The notes below the pieces were generated by a model. That model did no database searches. It was not told the DNA's origin and saw only the letters and a list, made by a program, of their open reading frames with translations. From Octopus sinensis (Eukaryota), in assembly GCF_006345805.1 (NCBI RefSeq), contig NC_042999.1, positions 69,316,001 through 69,380,000 of the forward strand: DNA of 64,000 bases, read 5' to 3'. Each line of letters begins with the position of its first letter. Position 1 is the first letter of the stretch. Made by a program: the position numbers and the translations under genes. Positions 51,829-64,000 of the stretch are shown here, one piece after another.

Positions 51829-53431
51829 GCTTCTTTTAGGTTCCATTTATCAAAACCACTCACTAGGCTTTGGTTGGCCTGAGTCTATAGCAGAATACAC
51901 ATGCCCAAGGTGTCATATAGAAGGACTGAACCTAAAACCATGTGGTTGGGAAGCAAACGTCTTACTTCACAGCCACACCTTGCTAAAATTTTATGCAGAG
52001 TGAGTCCCCGTATGTTACATGGCCATTAGTCTAAAATTGGAACAGGGGTGTGGCACATCTTGTTGGGATCCGTTTTAAACATCAGTAAGTTCATATATTA
52101 TTTGTATTGGACAGATATGTGTCCTCAGCTTGTTTGTTGTTAGCAAAACGTTTTGGCTGATTTACTTTCCAGCCTTCATCCTGGTAGAATTATAGCATAA
52201 TGGTTAAGAGCATGGGCTACTAACTCCAATGGGTTGGACAGTTCAACTGGAGTCTGGGAAGCCAGGAGGCTGCACCAGGCCCAGTCTGATCTGGCAGTGT
52301 TTCTACAGCTGGATGTCCTTCCTAATGCCAACCACTCTGTGAGTGTAGTGGGTGCTTTTTACATGCCACCGGCATGGAGGCCAGTCGAGGTGGCACTGGC
52401 AATGGCCACATTCAGATGGTTCTTTTACATGCCTTGAATAAATGATAATAACACCAGCAAAAAAATACCTTAAGCCAGGAAATGTGAGAGAGGGGGAATG
52501 AAAGAACAAAGAGTGGAATGAACAAAGTAAGCATGAAAGGGCTGATAGAAAGGAAGGAATGAAAAAATAGAAAGAATAATAGAGTCGTATAAAATTTATA
52601 TATATATACTCACATATATATATATATAATGTATATTTGTATGTATGTATATATATATATATATATATGCCAGTTTCACATAAAAGCACCCATTACACTC
52701 TCAGAGTGGTTGGCATTAGGAAGGGCATCCACCGAGAAACCATGCCAAATCAGACTGGAGTCTGGTACAGCCTTCCAACTTACCACCTCTGTCAAACCGT
52801 CCAACCCATGCCAGCATGGAGAATGAACGTTAAATGATTATGGTGATGATGATCAATATAGATATATGCATAAATGTGGTATAACTTCAGTTTATGAATT
52901 TAATTCATTCATGAAGGCTGGTGGTCACCCAAATCTATTTTTCCCATCTGAAACTCAAGAGGAGACAATGAATTTGAGCAAGAATGTGCACTGAGTGAAA
53001 GATGGAAAGAATCATAAACCCTCCCACTGATTCTCACAAATTAGGGTACTTGGGTGTGCTTTTGACAAAGCCTAGAGGCACATCCAAGTACCTTAATTTT
53101 ATCTACCAACCACTACAGTATACTGAAAAGATGGATATAACATGTGGGGTACTGTGAACTCTTGGCATTTCTTCTTGCCCCCCCCCCCACACACACACAC
53201 ACTGTTGTATTTTCGGATTGGTCATTTTTCTTTTTTGCCAAATAAACACACACACTAAATATTCATTCTTCACTCATTTATTACTCTTCTTAATCTAACT
53301 CATGTCCTCCAGTGTCTGGAAATATTTCATCACACATCTGTGACCTCTTCAGCGACACTTTCCGTCCGCGTGTATGCTCTTGCTCTGCTTAGTCCATTCT
53401 ACCATTCTACGATGTGTATCCTTAAAGGCCT

Positions 53432-53477
<46 letters not shown>

Positions 53478-54074
53478 CACTTGCAAACATATACTTACAA
53501 AGCTTAACAATGACAAAGTTATTTCGGTAACATCATTATTATTTTCAAAATTAATTGAAATAAAGACAGCATGCTTCAAGAGAAATATGGTAACATGAGG
53601 GTTAAAACCCTGCAATGATTTTGGTCTCAAATTCCATCAAACACATTAAACTTCCAAGAAATTTAAAACAGTTTAAAACAGACCAAATTATTTGCTAAAA
53701 CACTTCCTTGGTTCCTATTATTGAAAATGAGCCCCATTTAGGTAGGGGGTGGGGATTCAAGTGAACACTACAAGCACACACACACATTCAGATGGCAACT
53801 AGTGTGGGTGTGAGAGAGTGGTGTATGTGTATAAGTGCCAACACCATTAGTATATGTGGGAACTAAAAGAGGACTTTTACGTAAAATATTGTTTTGTCAA
53901 GTTATAAATGAGGGATTCTTAACTGGAATCCATATGGCCCTTGAGGGTCCACATAAGATTTTGTTAAAATTTATATGCAATAAACTAGTTATACTCCTAC
54001 AATACACAAAATATACAAACATATATTTATCAAACGCCTGATATTTAATTATAAAAACAAAATGGGATTTTTAA

Positions 54075-54700
54075 ACTTCTGTGCTGGCGGCATGTAAAAA
54101 GCACTATCTGAATGTGGCCAATAACAGTACCCACTGACTGGCTCCCATGCTGGTGGCATGTAAAAAGCACTATCCGAATGTGATCAATGCCAGACCCGCC
54201 TGACTGGCCCCTGTGCCAGTAGCACATAAAAAGCACTATCCAAGCATTGCCGATGCCAGTACCCCATGACTGGCTCCCATGCTGGTGACATGTAAAAAGC
54301 ACTATCCATATGTGATCGATGTCAGTGCCCCCTGACTGGCTCCTGTGCTGGCAGCACATAAAAAGCATTATTTGAACATGGCCAATGACAGTACCCCCTG
54401 ACTGGCTCCCATGCTGGTGACATGTAAAAAGCACTATCGAAATATGACTGATGCTAGTGCCTCCTAACTGGCTCCTGTGCTGGTGGCATGTAAAAAGCAC
54501 TATCTGAACATTGCCAATGCCACTACCTGCTGATTGGCTCCCATGCTAGTGACATGTAAAAAGCACCATCTGAACATGATCGATGCCAGGCCCGCCTGAC
54601 TGGCTCCTGTACCAGTGGCACATAAAAAGCTCTATCCAAATGTGATCGATGCTAGGCTCACCTGACTGGCTCCTATGCTTGTGGCACATAAAAAGCACCC
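54075..54700 (+). repeat. 66-bp tandem array (about 9.5 units) inside an RTE-tail repeat
   Basis: The taaaaagc motif starts at 54095, 54161, 54227, 54293, 54359, 54425, 54491, 54557, 54623 and 54689. Confidence 0.9.
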
Positions 54701-56324
54701 ACTACACTCTTGGAGTGTTTGTTGTTAAAAAGAGCACCCAGCTGTAGAAACATTGCCAGATGAGATTGGAACCTGGTGCAGCCACTGGCTCTCCAGACCT
54801 CAGTCAAACTGTCCAACTCATGCCAGCATGGAAAATAGACATATGATGATGATGATGATGAATATCAATGAGGGTCCACCCAAGATAAATAAAAGTCAAA
54901 GAGGCCCATAAATTAAAAAAATGGTTGGGAACCACAGATGTCAGTAAATAAACTATTCCTTTTAGTAATCGGAATCATTTGTTAAATTTATTTGATTAAT
55001 TTTGTTGTATATATGCATGTAATTAGGTACTATATATAATGTTTGTATGTATGTATATATATGACATATAGCATTTGAAATGCCATATTGATCTTTGATA
55101 CATGGTAGTTGTTTTTAATTAAACTATGGATTATCAACAGGGTGAGCTAGTAAATAATCTTAGAAATGCTTTCATTACGTGTGACTAGTTTAGTTGAAAA
55201 GCCATGTACTGTACCTTATATTATTGTGGTGGATATGGTGAATAGTTTAGGAAATAAGTACCTGAGAGTTAGAAGCACTTTTACAAACTTGAACACAACC
55301 AAAAGAACTTATTTAAACATTTACAGGAGTGCTCGAAATACCTGAGAATTTGTTTTCTTATCAGCAGAATTAACTTGGTCTATTTGCTTTTGTCGTTTCC
55401 TTGTTCATAAGAAATATGAAGTCACGAAAGGAAAAATGTATTTTCTCAACATGAAGTGATTTCTCAACATGAAGTTGTCAAATGGTCATATAATCCATTA
55501 GAAAGATTACAAAATATAAAAGAAGTGATCAGATTGATAGTCAGTTCTGTTTACATAATAGAAAACTTCTAAGGTTGCATAATGGAATTAACTTGGAAAA
55601 TATCACCTTGCTTTGGTTGTGATGATCTAACAATGATATGTTGCCTCATACGAAATATTCTTTCAGAAGTAAAACCTAATTAGACCAAGCACCAAAGGAG
55701 TTTCTATAAAACATTTGTCACCCCTCAACAACCCTTCCAACACCCACTTCTATGTTTATTTGATGTCAGCCAACAAAGACAAATTAGAAATGGATTCCTT
55801 GATGTCACTTGAAATCCTGCCTTGCACCCATTACAGAAATAATGTCCCATAAAAGATTTCAAGCTGTTAGTTTCTTCCAAGAAAATTGTTGAATTCAGAT
55901 CTTGTTTTAAACCTTGTTAATGCCAATCTTTTTTCAAATTTTGGCACAAGGCAAGCAATTTCGGGGGAGTGGGGTGGTGGTGGTGACCACAGTGCTCACA
56001 TTGATCACAGTGCTCAGTTGGTACTTATTTTATTTGACCCCAAAAGGATGAAAGGCAAAATTGACCGTGACAGAATTTGAACTCAGAACTAAGCATTGTG
56101 CTTGGCATACCACTGATTCTGCCAGCTTGCCACCATTAGATCTTGTTAATATTAATAAAATCAGGATCTAGAAATATACTTGATAGATATGATGGATCAG
56201 GCTAAACAGATGCTGTGCCTTGTTCACTGCTAAACATATGGTGTGCCTTGCCAAAGGAAATCACTAAGAGACAAAGGAAGCTTGTGTTTTCTCTTTAGAT
56301 TCTTTTTCATTCTCAACAGGAAAT

Positions 56325-56690
56325 ATTACCTCTGCCTTGGTGAAGGAGGAGGTATTGTTTTCAGTCGTGTTTCTTTGTTTGTCCGTGGACAAGATATCTC
56401 AAGAACCACTGGATGGATTTGGATGAAACTTTCAGGGATGTTTGGCCCTGTGATTGGCCCAAACTGATTGGATTTTAGGATTGATCTGCTACCAGACAAG
56501 GATCCTGGATTATTTTTCCTGTTTTTTTACTTAATTGTTGAGAGTGGGCGGGTTCATTTTTAGTATTCTCGTTTGTGAGAGCAGTTGCGTTTATTTCAGA
56601 TATTCTCATTTTAAAAATCATCTCTAGCTAATCATTGAGGGGCTGTTGGGGTTGCCTTGGTGGAGGTTTGCGCTCTCTGAGTGCTCTTGC
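56325..56690. mobile_element. Non-autonomous DNA element (Helentron/HINE-like architecture)
   Basis: tattacctctgcc..aggaggtattgttttcagtcg...ggatttggatgaaactttcaggg...gtggaggtttgcgctctctgagtgc. Family assignment is from recall only. Confidence 0.4.
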
Positions 56691-57369
56691 TTTGAATTAT
56701 TTTATCAACTACTAAATCTTACATGTGTGTGCATGTGTGTGTGTGAGTGTGTGTGTGTTTGTATGTATGTAAAATCAATTTGTACACATGGTAAATTTAT
56801 ATGCCACAATTAACGGTAAGGTTCATGTCAAGAGATATATAGGAACATCTACAGCCAAACTCACAAACCATGAATCTGTATTACGACACGGTACGCAGTC
56901 TGATGTTTTACTATCAAAATATTGATAAAAGGAAATTCCTAAAATATTTTCCTTTTTTCTCTCTCACTCTCTCTCATTAATTAACAAATTAATAATAGGC
57001 AATAATTAACAGAATTTCAATGACACAATTAACAGAAACATAAATATTATAGAGGCATTTGAATATTACTTGTTAAGACCATAATTGAGGGAATATAAAA
57101 GTAGGGAGCCGGCAGAATGATGAATGCATCCGATGAAATGCTTAGCAGCATTCCCTCTTGTTGTTTCCATTCTGAATTCAGGTCAACTTTGTCTTCCACT
57201 TTTTTTTTGGGGGGGGGGGCAATAAAATACAGTACCAGTCAAGTATTGAGGTTGATGCAATCAGCTTGCTACCACCTCTGTTTTATCTTAAGTAGCTGTA
57301 GTTTATCATGTCTGCTGCATCATTGTCCAGCAGATATAAACCATATCCATATATAAATGATAAATAATA

Positions 57370-57449
<80 letters not shown>

Positions 57450-57757
57450 CATGTACATATGTATATATTATATACATATATATATATATATATATTATAT
57501 ACATATATACATTATATATATTATATATATATATATATTATATACATATAGGCGCATAAGTGGCTGTGTGGTAAGTAGCTTGCTTACCAACCTCATGGTT
57601 CCAGGTTCATTCCCGCTGCATGGCACCTTGGGCAAGTGTCTTCTACTATAGCCTCGGGCTGACCAAAGCCTTCTGAGTGGATTTGGTAGACGGAAACTGA
57701 AAGAAGCTTGTCATATATATGTATGTATATATATATAATATATATATAAATATATAT

Positions 57758-58395
57758 GCCACCTCACTCTCCCGTGAACATCTAGATTCCTTCCTCTCTT
57801 TCGTTTAATACTTCCATCCTGCCCTCCACTTCACCTCCACTATCTCCAACACCTCTGTCTCCTTCTTCGACATTTCGGTCAGCATCCATCACTCCACTCT
57901 TACCACCTCCATTCACTACAAACACACAGACTCACACTCATACCTAAACTTCTCTTCCTCCCACCCCAAACACACCAAGCTTTCCATTCCCTATTCCCAA
58001 TTCCTCCGTCTACGTAGGCTCTGTAGTGATGACCATGACTTTGAGACTCAGTCTCAACTCATGGCTCGCCACTTCATCCTACGTGGATACCCCCTCACTA
58101 CTATCCATACCGCCCTTGCAATATCATCTATTGCATCTCCTGCTCTCTCTGCCATTCCCTGTACATCGGACAAACGGGATGCCGCTTGGCTGACCAGTTC
58201 GCGGAACACCTCCATGACATCCGCCTTGCCAACGACACACTGGTCTCACGCCATTTCCACTCCACCGGTCACTCCTTGCAACACCTGTCTGTGTTCGGAT
58301 TGTCCTTACGCAGAGGCCATCCGGATTCCTGTTTGTGCCGTGAACAGGAATTAATCTTCTCTCTTCGCTCTTTCATGCCATTTGGTCTCAACTCT
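57758..58395 (+). pseudogene. Penelope-like element remnant: RT thumb plus GIY-YIG endonuclease
   Basis: FHPALHFTSTISNTSVSFFDI...YKHTDSHSYLNFSSSHPKHTKLSIPYSQFLRLRRLCS, then NIIYCISCSLCHSLYIGQTGCRLADQFAEHL...EQELIFSLRSFMPFGLN. Confidence 0.85.
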
Positions 58396-60501
58396 CCCCC
58401 CCTTCTCATCTAACTTTCCCCCCCTGACTCCTACTTCTCTTCAGTCTTTCATCTTTTCACCCCACTCTCTTTCCCTCCTCTTCTTTCCTCTTTCTTCTTC
58501 CCTCTTCCCCTTCTCTCTTTCTCTCTGCTCCCTCACTCCCCTTCTCTCCCCCTCCCCTCCCCTCCTTTCCCATCCCCCTCCTCTTCTCCTCTCCTTCCTT
58601 CTCATATGAATGTGCCTATTCATATATACATACATCAGAATATATTACTAATGCTTCCAATAAAAATAGGAATGAAAGGATTTCTTGGATGCTAGAATTC
58701 TGAGTAAATCTGCAATATTTCGCAGGCCAGGTGAAGATTGTTAGCATTTAAAAAAAATAATCTATTATCTAACACACAGTGAATTCACATGATTGTAATT
58801 ACTTCAAGTATTAATAAACCCAGGCAAAACCAGGTCCTGCTGCTAATTAATAATAACTGTCACTAGAATTCTGTGTCATGCTTACCAAGCTAATCACATG
58901 ATGATAGTCACATGACAACTAAATAAAAGGAAGAATTGTTACCAGCGAAAGCAATGAGTAAGAAATAATAAAACACAACTAAAATGTCAATGTTCTATGA
59001 ATGCGCTCCACTCAGCCAATCAGCAGCTCTGATTTTAGTGATGTAATATATAAATTATGATAATTGTTCACACCTACTCCACTACACTAAAACCTGTATA
59101 TTTCCTTAGTGGTTCTCTTGTCACTACTTTGGTATGTATAGCGAAGTGAATATTTCACTGATGAGGTTTACTAATAACAGAACATGTGCAGAGTTGTCTC
59201 TTGTACATACTGAAATGATTAAAATATCAGTCATTGATCTAGTGTTATCTCTAGCATTGCAACCATGTGGTTTTGGGTTCAGTCCCACTGCACAGCACCT
59301 TAGGCAAGTATCTTCTGCTGTAGCCCCAGGCCAACCAATGCTCTGCAAGTGAATTTAGCAGATGAAAACAATATAGAAGCTTGTTTTGTGTGTGTGTGTG
59401 TGTGTGTGTGTGTAGGCAAATAAGAAGGTGGAGAGGATACAAAATTGACAGACATCAGGTCCTAGTCTCTGATTGGCAGCTACACACCCATTCAGTTTTA
59501 CTGACAATCTGTTCATTTACTCATTTGCTCATTTAATCACTTGTTCCTATATGATTATATGCTTCCACATGCTTGTTTTGGCAATTACCAAATCTTTCTG
59601 CTTGACAGTCTGTACCACAAATACATGTGTGTGGATTCATCTAATACAATGGAATAAATAGGCATACTGGAATGTTTTCCAGCAGATGTCTGTCAATTTT
59701 GTATCCTCTCCAGTTTCTTATTTGCCGTATAAATCAAGGGTAAACCACTTTTTACCCCTGCCCATATTTAACACTCAGTTGCAAGATAGCCACGCAATAA
59801 CTAGCACTTGCGTATGAATATTTGGGGACACGACCAGCAGTATATTGGATAGGTACTATCCCTTAGTTGGTTTCTCAACCTCTAACCCACACAGAAATAT
59901 ATATATACTGGGCAATAAACTGTGCTTGCAAAAGACCTGTTGAGTCAAGTGAAGTCATTGTTGTGGCTGATGACAGTACTGCCTGATTGGCACCTGTGCC
60001 AGGGGCATGTAAAAAGCACCATTCGAGCATGGTCAATGCCAGTGCCACCTGACTGGCCCTCGTGCTGGTGGCATGTAAAAAGCACCCAGTACACTCACTA
60101 AAATGGTTGGCATTAGGAAGGGCATCCAGCTATATAAGCCATTCTGAAACAGACAATGGAGTGGAGTCTGGTATCGGTTCCGGCCTTGCCAGCTCTTGTC
60201 AAACCATCAAACTGAGGCCAACATGGAGAACAGGTGTTAAATGACTATGATAGTGATGACAGTTATATATGTGTGTGTCTATGCCTTAGACCCCACCACC
60301 ACCTCTTGACAACCAGTGTTGGTTTGTTTACGTCCTTGTAATTGAATAGTTCAGCAAAAGAGACCAATAGAAAAAGTACAAGAAGGTCCTGGGGGTTGGT
60401 TTGTTTGACTAAAGCCTTGAAGGTAGTGCCCTAGCATGGCCAGAGTCCAGTGACTAAAATGTGTAAGAGATAAAAAAATAAAAGCTGTATTCAAAGGATA
60501 C

Positions 60502-60724
60502 GTTCAAGCATTGACTTGATTCCGGTAGCTTCAGTTCTGTAAAATTTCCTGAATTCTTTCCTCAGGTCATAAAACTTATACATGTATTTTGGTAAATTAA
60601 TGTTCTTTTTACTACATTCTGGATGCAGACATTGACGTACGTGAGCTTGTCCATCTGTACATATTGTGAAAGATTTCCCTCCATGGTCAGGATGCACTCC
60701 CTTCGCTGATAAAAATCGATCCAT
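60502..60724 (-). CDS. ESRP: ESRP/fusilli coding exon, DnaQ-like N-terminal domain (upstream exons outside window)
   Basis: ttccag| acceptor, |gtatcc donor, 223 nt, phase 0 to 1. Translation [74 protein letters not shown] matches recalled ESRP1 [39 protein letters not shown]. Confidence 0.93.
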
Positions 60725-62089
60725 CTGGAAAGAGAAACGCAAATGAATTAGATAAACCAAATATGTGGAAACCATGGAATATATAGATTATTTCTTCTAT
60801 AAGTCCTAGTATATGACTGGTATTTATTAAACCATATCTACTAAAAATAAAACAAAAAATTCCCCTCTCCCCACTACCACCCTAAGATACAAGAAAGCCA
60901 AGGATTAACATTATTTACTTTATTTACATTGGACGGATATTTGCTCTCATCTTATTTGTTGCTATCACGTTTCAGCTGATTTACTCACCAGCCTTCATCA
61001 GGTGGCCTGGTAGAATATTGAACCCAACCCTGGGTTCTCATTCCTAAGGTTTTTTTTTGCTGATGTTGTTATTATTATTATTATTATTATTATTAGGCAC
61101 TACCTAGAATTGAACTCGCAATGTTAGGGTTAGTAGCCTGCGCCCTTAACCATTATACTATATGCCTATGGGTAAATCAGCCAAAACATTGAGGTAACAA
61201 CAAACAAGATGAGGACACATATCCGTCCAATGTAAATAATGTACAGAATCCCTCATCTCAAAAATATAGAACAGTGTAGGATTCCTTCCACCCCAACTTT
61301 GTGAACGGGGCTTTTCCCCCCTTCTTTTTCTGACTTGCAAGTAACTTGGCAACCTCACTGGTGCAGGTGCCATAAAAAAAAGACATTCAACACACACAAT
61401 AAAGTAGTCGGTGTTAGGAAGGGAATCCAGTTATAGAAATTATGCCAAAGCTGACACTGGCGTTTGATGCAGTCCTAGAGCCCATTGGATTCTGTCAAAC
61501 CATCCGACCCATTCCAGCATGAAAAAACAGACATTAAATGATGATGACAATTACAATGATCTAGTTCAATGCTTCACATATTCCAGTCAGTTGCCTTTCT
61601 AAATTTTTCAATTATTCTAACGAATTTAATAAAGGATCGATGCTAGAACCGCCAGACTGGCCCCCATGCCGGTGGCATGTAAAGAGCACCATCTGAACGT
61701 GGCTGATGGCTGGCTCCCGTGCCGGTGGCACATAAAAAGCACCATCCGAATGTGGCCGATGCCAGTACCCCCTGATGGGCTCTCGTGCCGGTGGCACGTA
61801 AAAAGCATCATCCGAACGTGATCGATGCCATGCCCGCCTGACAAGCTCCTGTATCGGTAGCACGTAAAAAGCACCCACTACACTCTCGGAATGGTTGGCG
61901 TTAGGAAGGGCATTCAGCAGTAGAAACATTGCCAGATCAGATTGGAGCCTGGTGCGGCATCCTGGCTTGCCAGTACCCCAGTCGTTTCGTACAACCCATA
62001 CCAGCATGGAAAATAGACGTTAAACGATGATGATGATGATGATTATGACTCCTTCTGCTCTGAAGATGTGATAAGAATCAGTTGATGAT

Positions 62090-62880
62090 CTCAATGGGAT
62101 AGGAATCACTATCGATAGAAAAGACATCAACAGCCTATGGTATGCTCATGATGTAGTCCTTATCACAACATCAGCAGAGTTGCTACAGAGATTATTGGAT
62201 AAGGTAGAAAGTTAAAGATTTGTATTGAGTGAGTACCGGCTGGAAATCAATACAATGAAGACAAAAGTGATCGCAGTAACAAAAACAGAGGAGCATAACA
62301 TTCAATGCCAAGGGGTTACATTCAAATGGATCACCAAGTTCAAATGTCTGGATACTATTACAATGAAGAAATCAAGAAACGGAGGCTACGAAATAGGAGC
62401 ATGATTCAGGGCAGCGAGATCTGTCCTACAATTCACTCAGTAGAATATGAAATGACAGTGCTTTAAGAACATCAAATTAAAGCTTATGAAGTCACTAGTT
62501 TGGTCCGTTGCACTGTATGGATGTGAAAGATAGACCCTGAAAGCAAAGAACGTTGCCGAACTCATATTATTTGAAACAACATACTGTCAAAGAATATTGA
62601 AGATTAGCGGGACTGACCATCAAACAAAGGAGTTAGTACTTGTGGAAATGGGAACAGAAAGGGAAATTTTTGATAATTGCCAGGGAGAGAAAGCTGCAAT
62701 ATTTCAGGGATGTCATCTGGGCCCGGAATCTCAGCACTGATATCCATGAAGGAAGAGTCAATGGGATACAAGGAACCAAAGAACCGTGAAGACACTAGCT
62801 GGACAACATCAAAGAGTGGACTGGAAGAGCTCTGACTGAATATACACAACCATAACCAGCGGCGGAGAGAAAGAGAGAGA
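62090..62880 (+). pseudogene. Degenerate RTE/BovB-like LINE RT 3' fragment
   Basis: INSLWYAHDVVLI (YADD motif), MKTKVIAV, LMKSLVWSVALYGCE, LDNIKEWTG, with frameshifts. Confidence 0.8.
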
Positions 62881-63384
62881 GCGCACGTGTCCGTAGTCCC
62901 CAACCCTTAGCAGAAGAGAAGCAACAGTTCATCTCTCGTTAATTGCATTATCCCATACCTATGAACTGAGCCCTTAATTTTTAGTGATGAAATCTGATTA
63001 AGTGTAAATACATTTGTTTCTGTGAATCCTGCTTTTAAGCTTGGCGAAAACCCGTAATAAACTCTTCCTGTGCACCAATTTCAATATGAAGATATGAAAA
63101 ATATATTCTTCTCCTCCTTGGATTCTGTGGGTTTCCAACATCTCGTATTTCATTTGATCTTAACAAAAAAGTATTTATGTTAAGAGCAAGATATTAAAAG
63201 AAACTTTATTGTTGTGACTCGTTGTAGAAAGCTCTGGAGAGCAAAAGGGCAATAATTAAGCGTAAAATATAGGTGGTGCCACAAGAGAATGATTGGAGGA
63301 CAGTCTTTTTATTTTTATACTAAAACCACGATGTGAAGCTTAATATAATAAGGAGGGTTTGGACTCTATTACTTTTACTTCACG

Positions 63385-63588
63385 TAGGGTGCAGCAAAAA
63401 TAGAATAAAATAAATCCTCCCACATTTTTATTCTTGATTATCGCATGGTGGATGCTGGTCCAGAGAATAAAACAAAAAAATAAACAGTAAAACATTAGCT
63501 ACAGGAAGACCCTATTATCTTTGCCAAACTTTATTAGCGCCACGCCAATGGTCGTGTAAAATACGTGAGGTTTTTCTGCTGCACCCTG
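63385..63588. mobile_element. Short MITE
   Basis: agggtgcagcaaaaa ... ttttctgctgcaccctg inverted ends. Confidence 0.55.
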
Positions 63589-64000
63589 AATTTTCGATTA
63601 TTAATATTTTCTAACAGGATCTGGCTTTTAATGCTTAATATTTCAAAAGACAAGGGTGGCGAGCGGGTAGAATCGTTAGCGCGCCGGGCGAAATGCTTAG
63701 CGGCATTTCATCTGTCTTTACGTTCTGATTTCAAATACCGCCGGGGTTCACTTTGCTTTTCATCTTTTCAGGGTCAATAAAATAAGTACCAGTTGAGCAC
63801 TGGAGTGGGGGGTGCAATCGACTAACGCCCTCCTCTGAAATTGCTGGCATTGTGCCAAAATTTGGTGCCAAAATTTCAAAAGACAAACTTTGATAAATTT
63901 GCTTCAGTAGTTTGTCTATTAAGAAAAGAAATGCTAAGGATTACATTTGAGATCGTGAAGATTTCAGATAATTCGTATGTGTTGCTGAGAAGAGGAAAGT

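Noticed and set aside
54045-54500. 151-aa ORF with a 22-aa repeat; the array could also be mistaken for CRISPR
   Set aside because: The ORF is a product of the 66-bp tandem. The units are contiguous with no unique spacers and no cas genes, in eukaryotic DNA.

Overview
AT-rich, repeat-dense metazoan genomic DNA. The SINE/RTE/microsatellite landscape suggests Octopus, but that is inference from recalled repeat sequences. The whole window lies inside one minus-strand gene, the ESRP1/2 (fusilli) splicing-regulator ortholog. Eight GT-AG coding exons (60502-60724, 41114-41203, 36843-36897, 26428-26538, 24484-24659, 22907-23001, 3787-4002, 1363-1611) join in matching phase. They encode part of the DnaQ-like domain, RRM1, RRM2 and most of RRM3; the gene's 5' and 3' ends are outside the window. 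Introns contain tRNA-derived SINEs, RTE LINE fragments and tails, Penelope-like pieces, MITEs, a Tc1 end with an open transposase frame, a possible solo LTR and several tandem arrays. Most short ORFs in the track are repeat artefacts. Best leads: (1) a 51-nt candidate poison cassette exon at 7034-7084 with consensus splice signals, in-frame stops and a downstream UGG cluster, suggesting ESRP autoregulation through NMD; (2) a minimal hammerhead ribozyme motif in both near-perfect 256-bp inverted arms of a Penelope-like element, with one copy on the ESRP pre-mRNA strand; (3) loss of the RGLP(Y/F/W) motif in RRM3.
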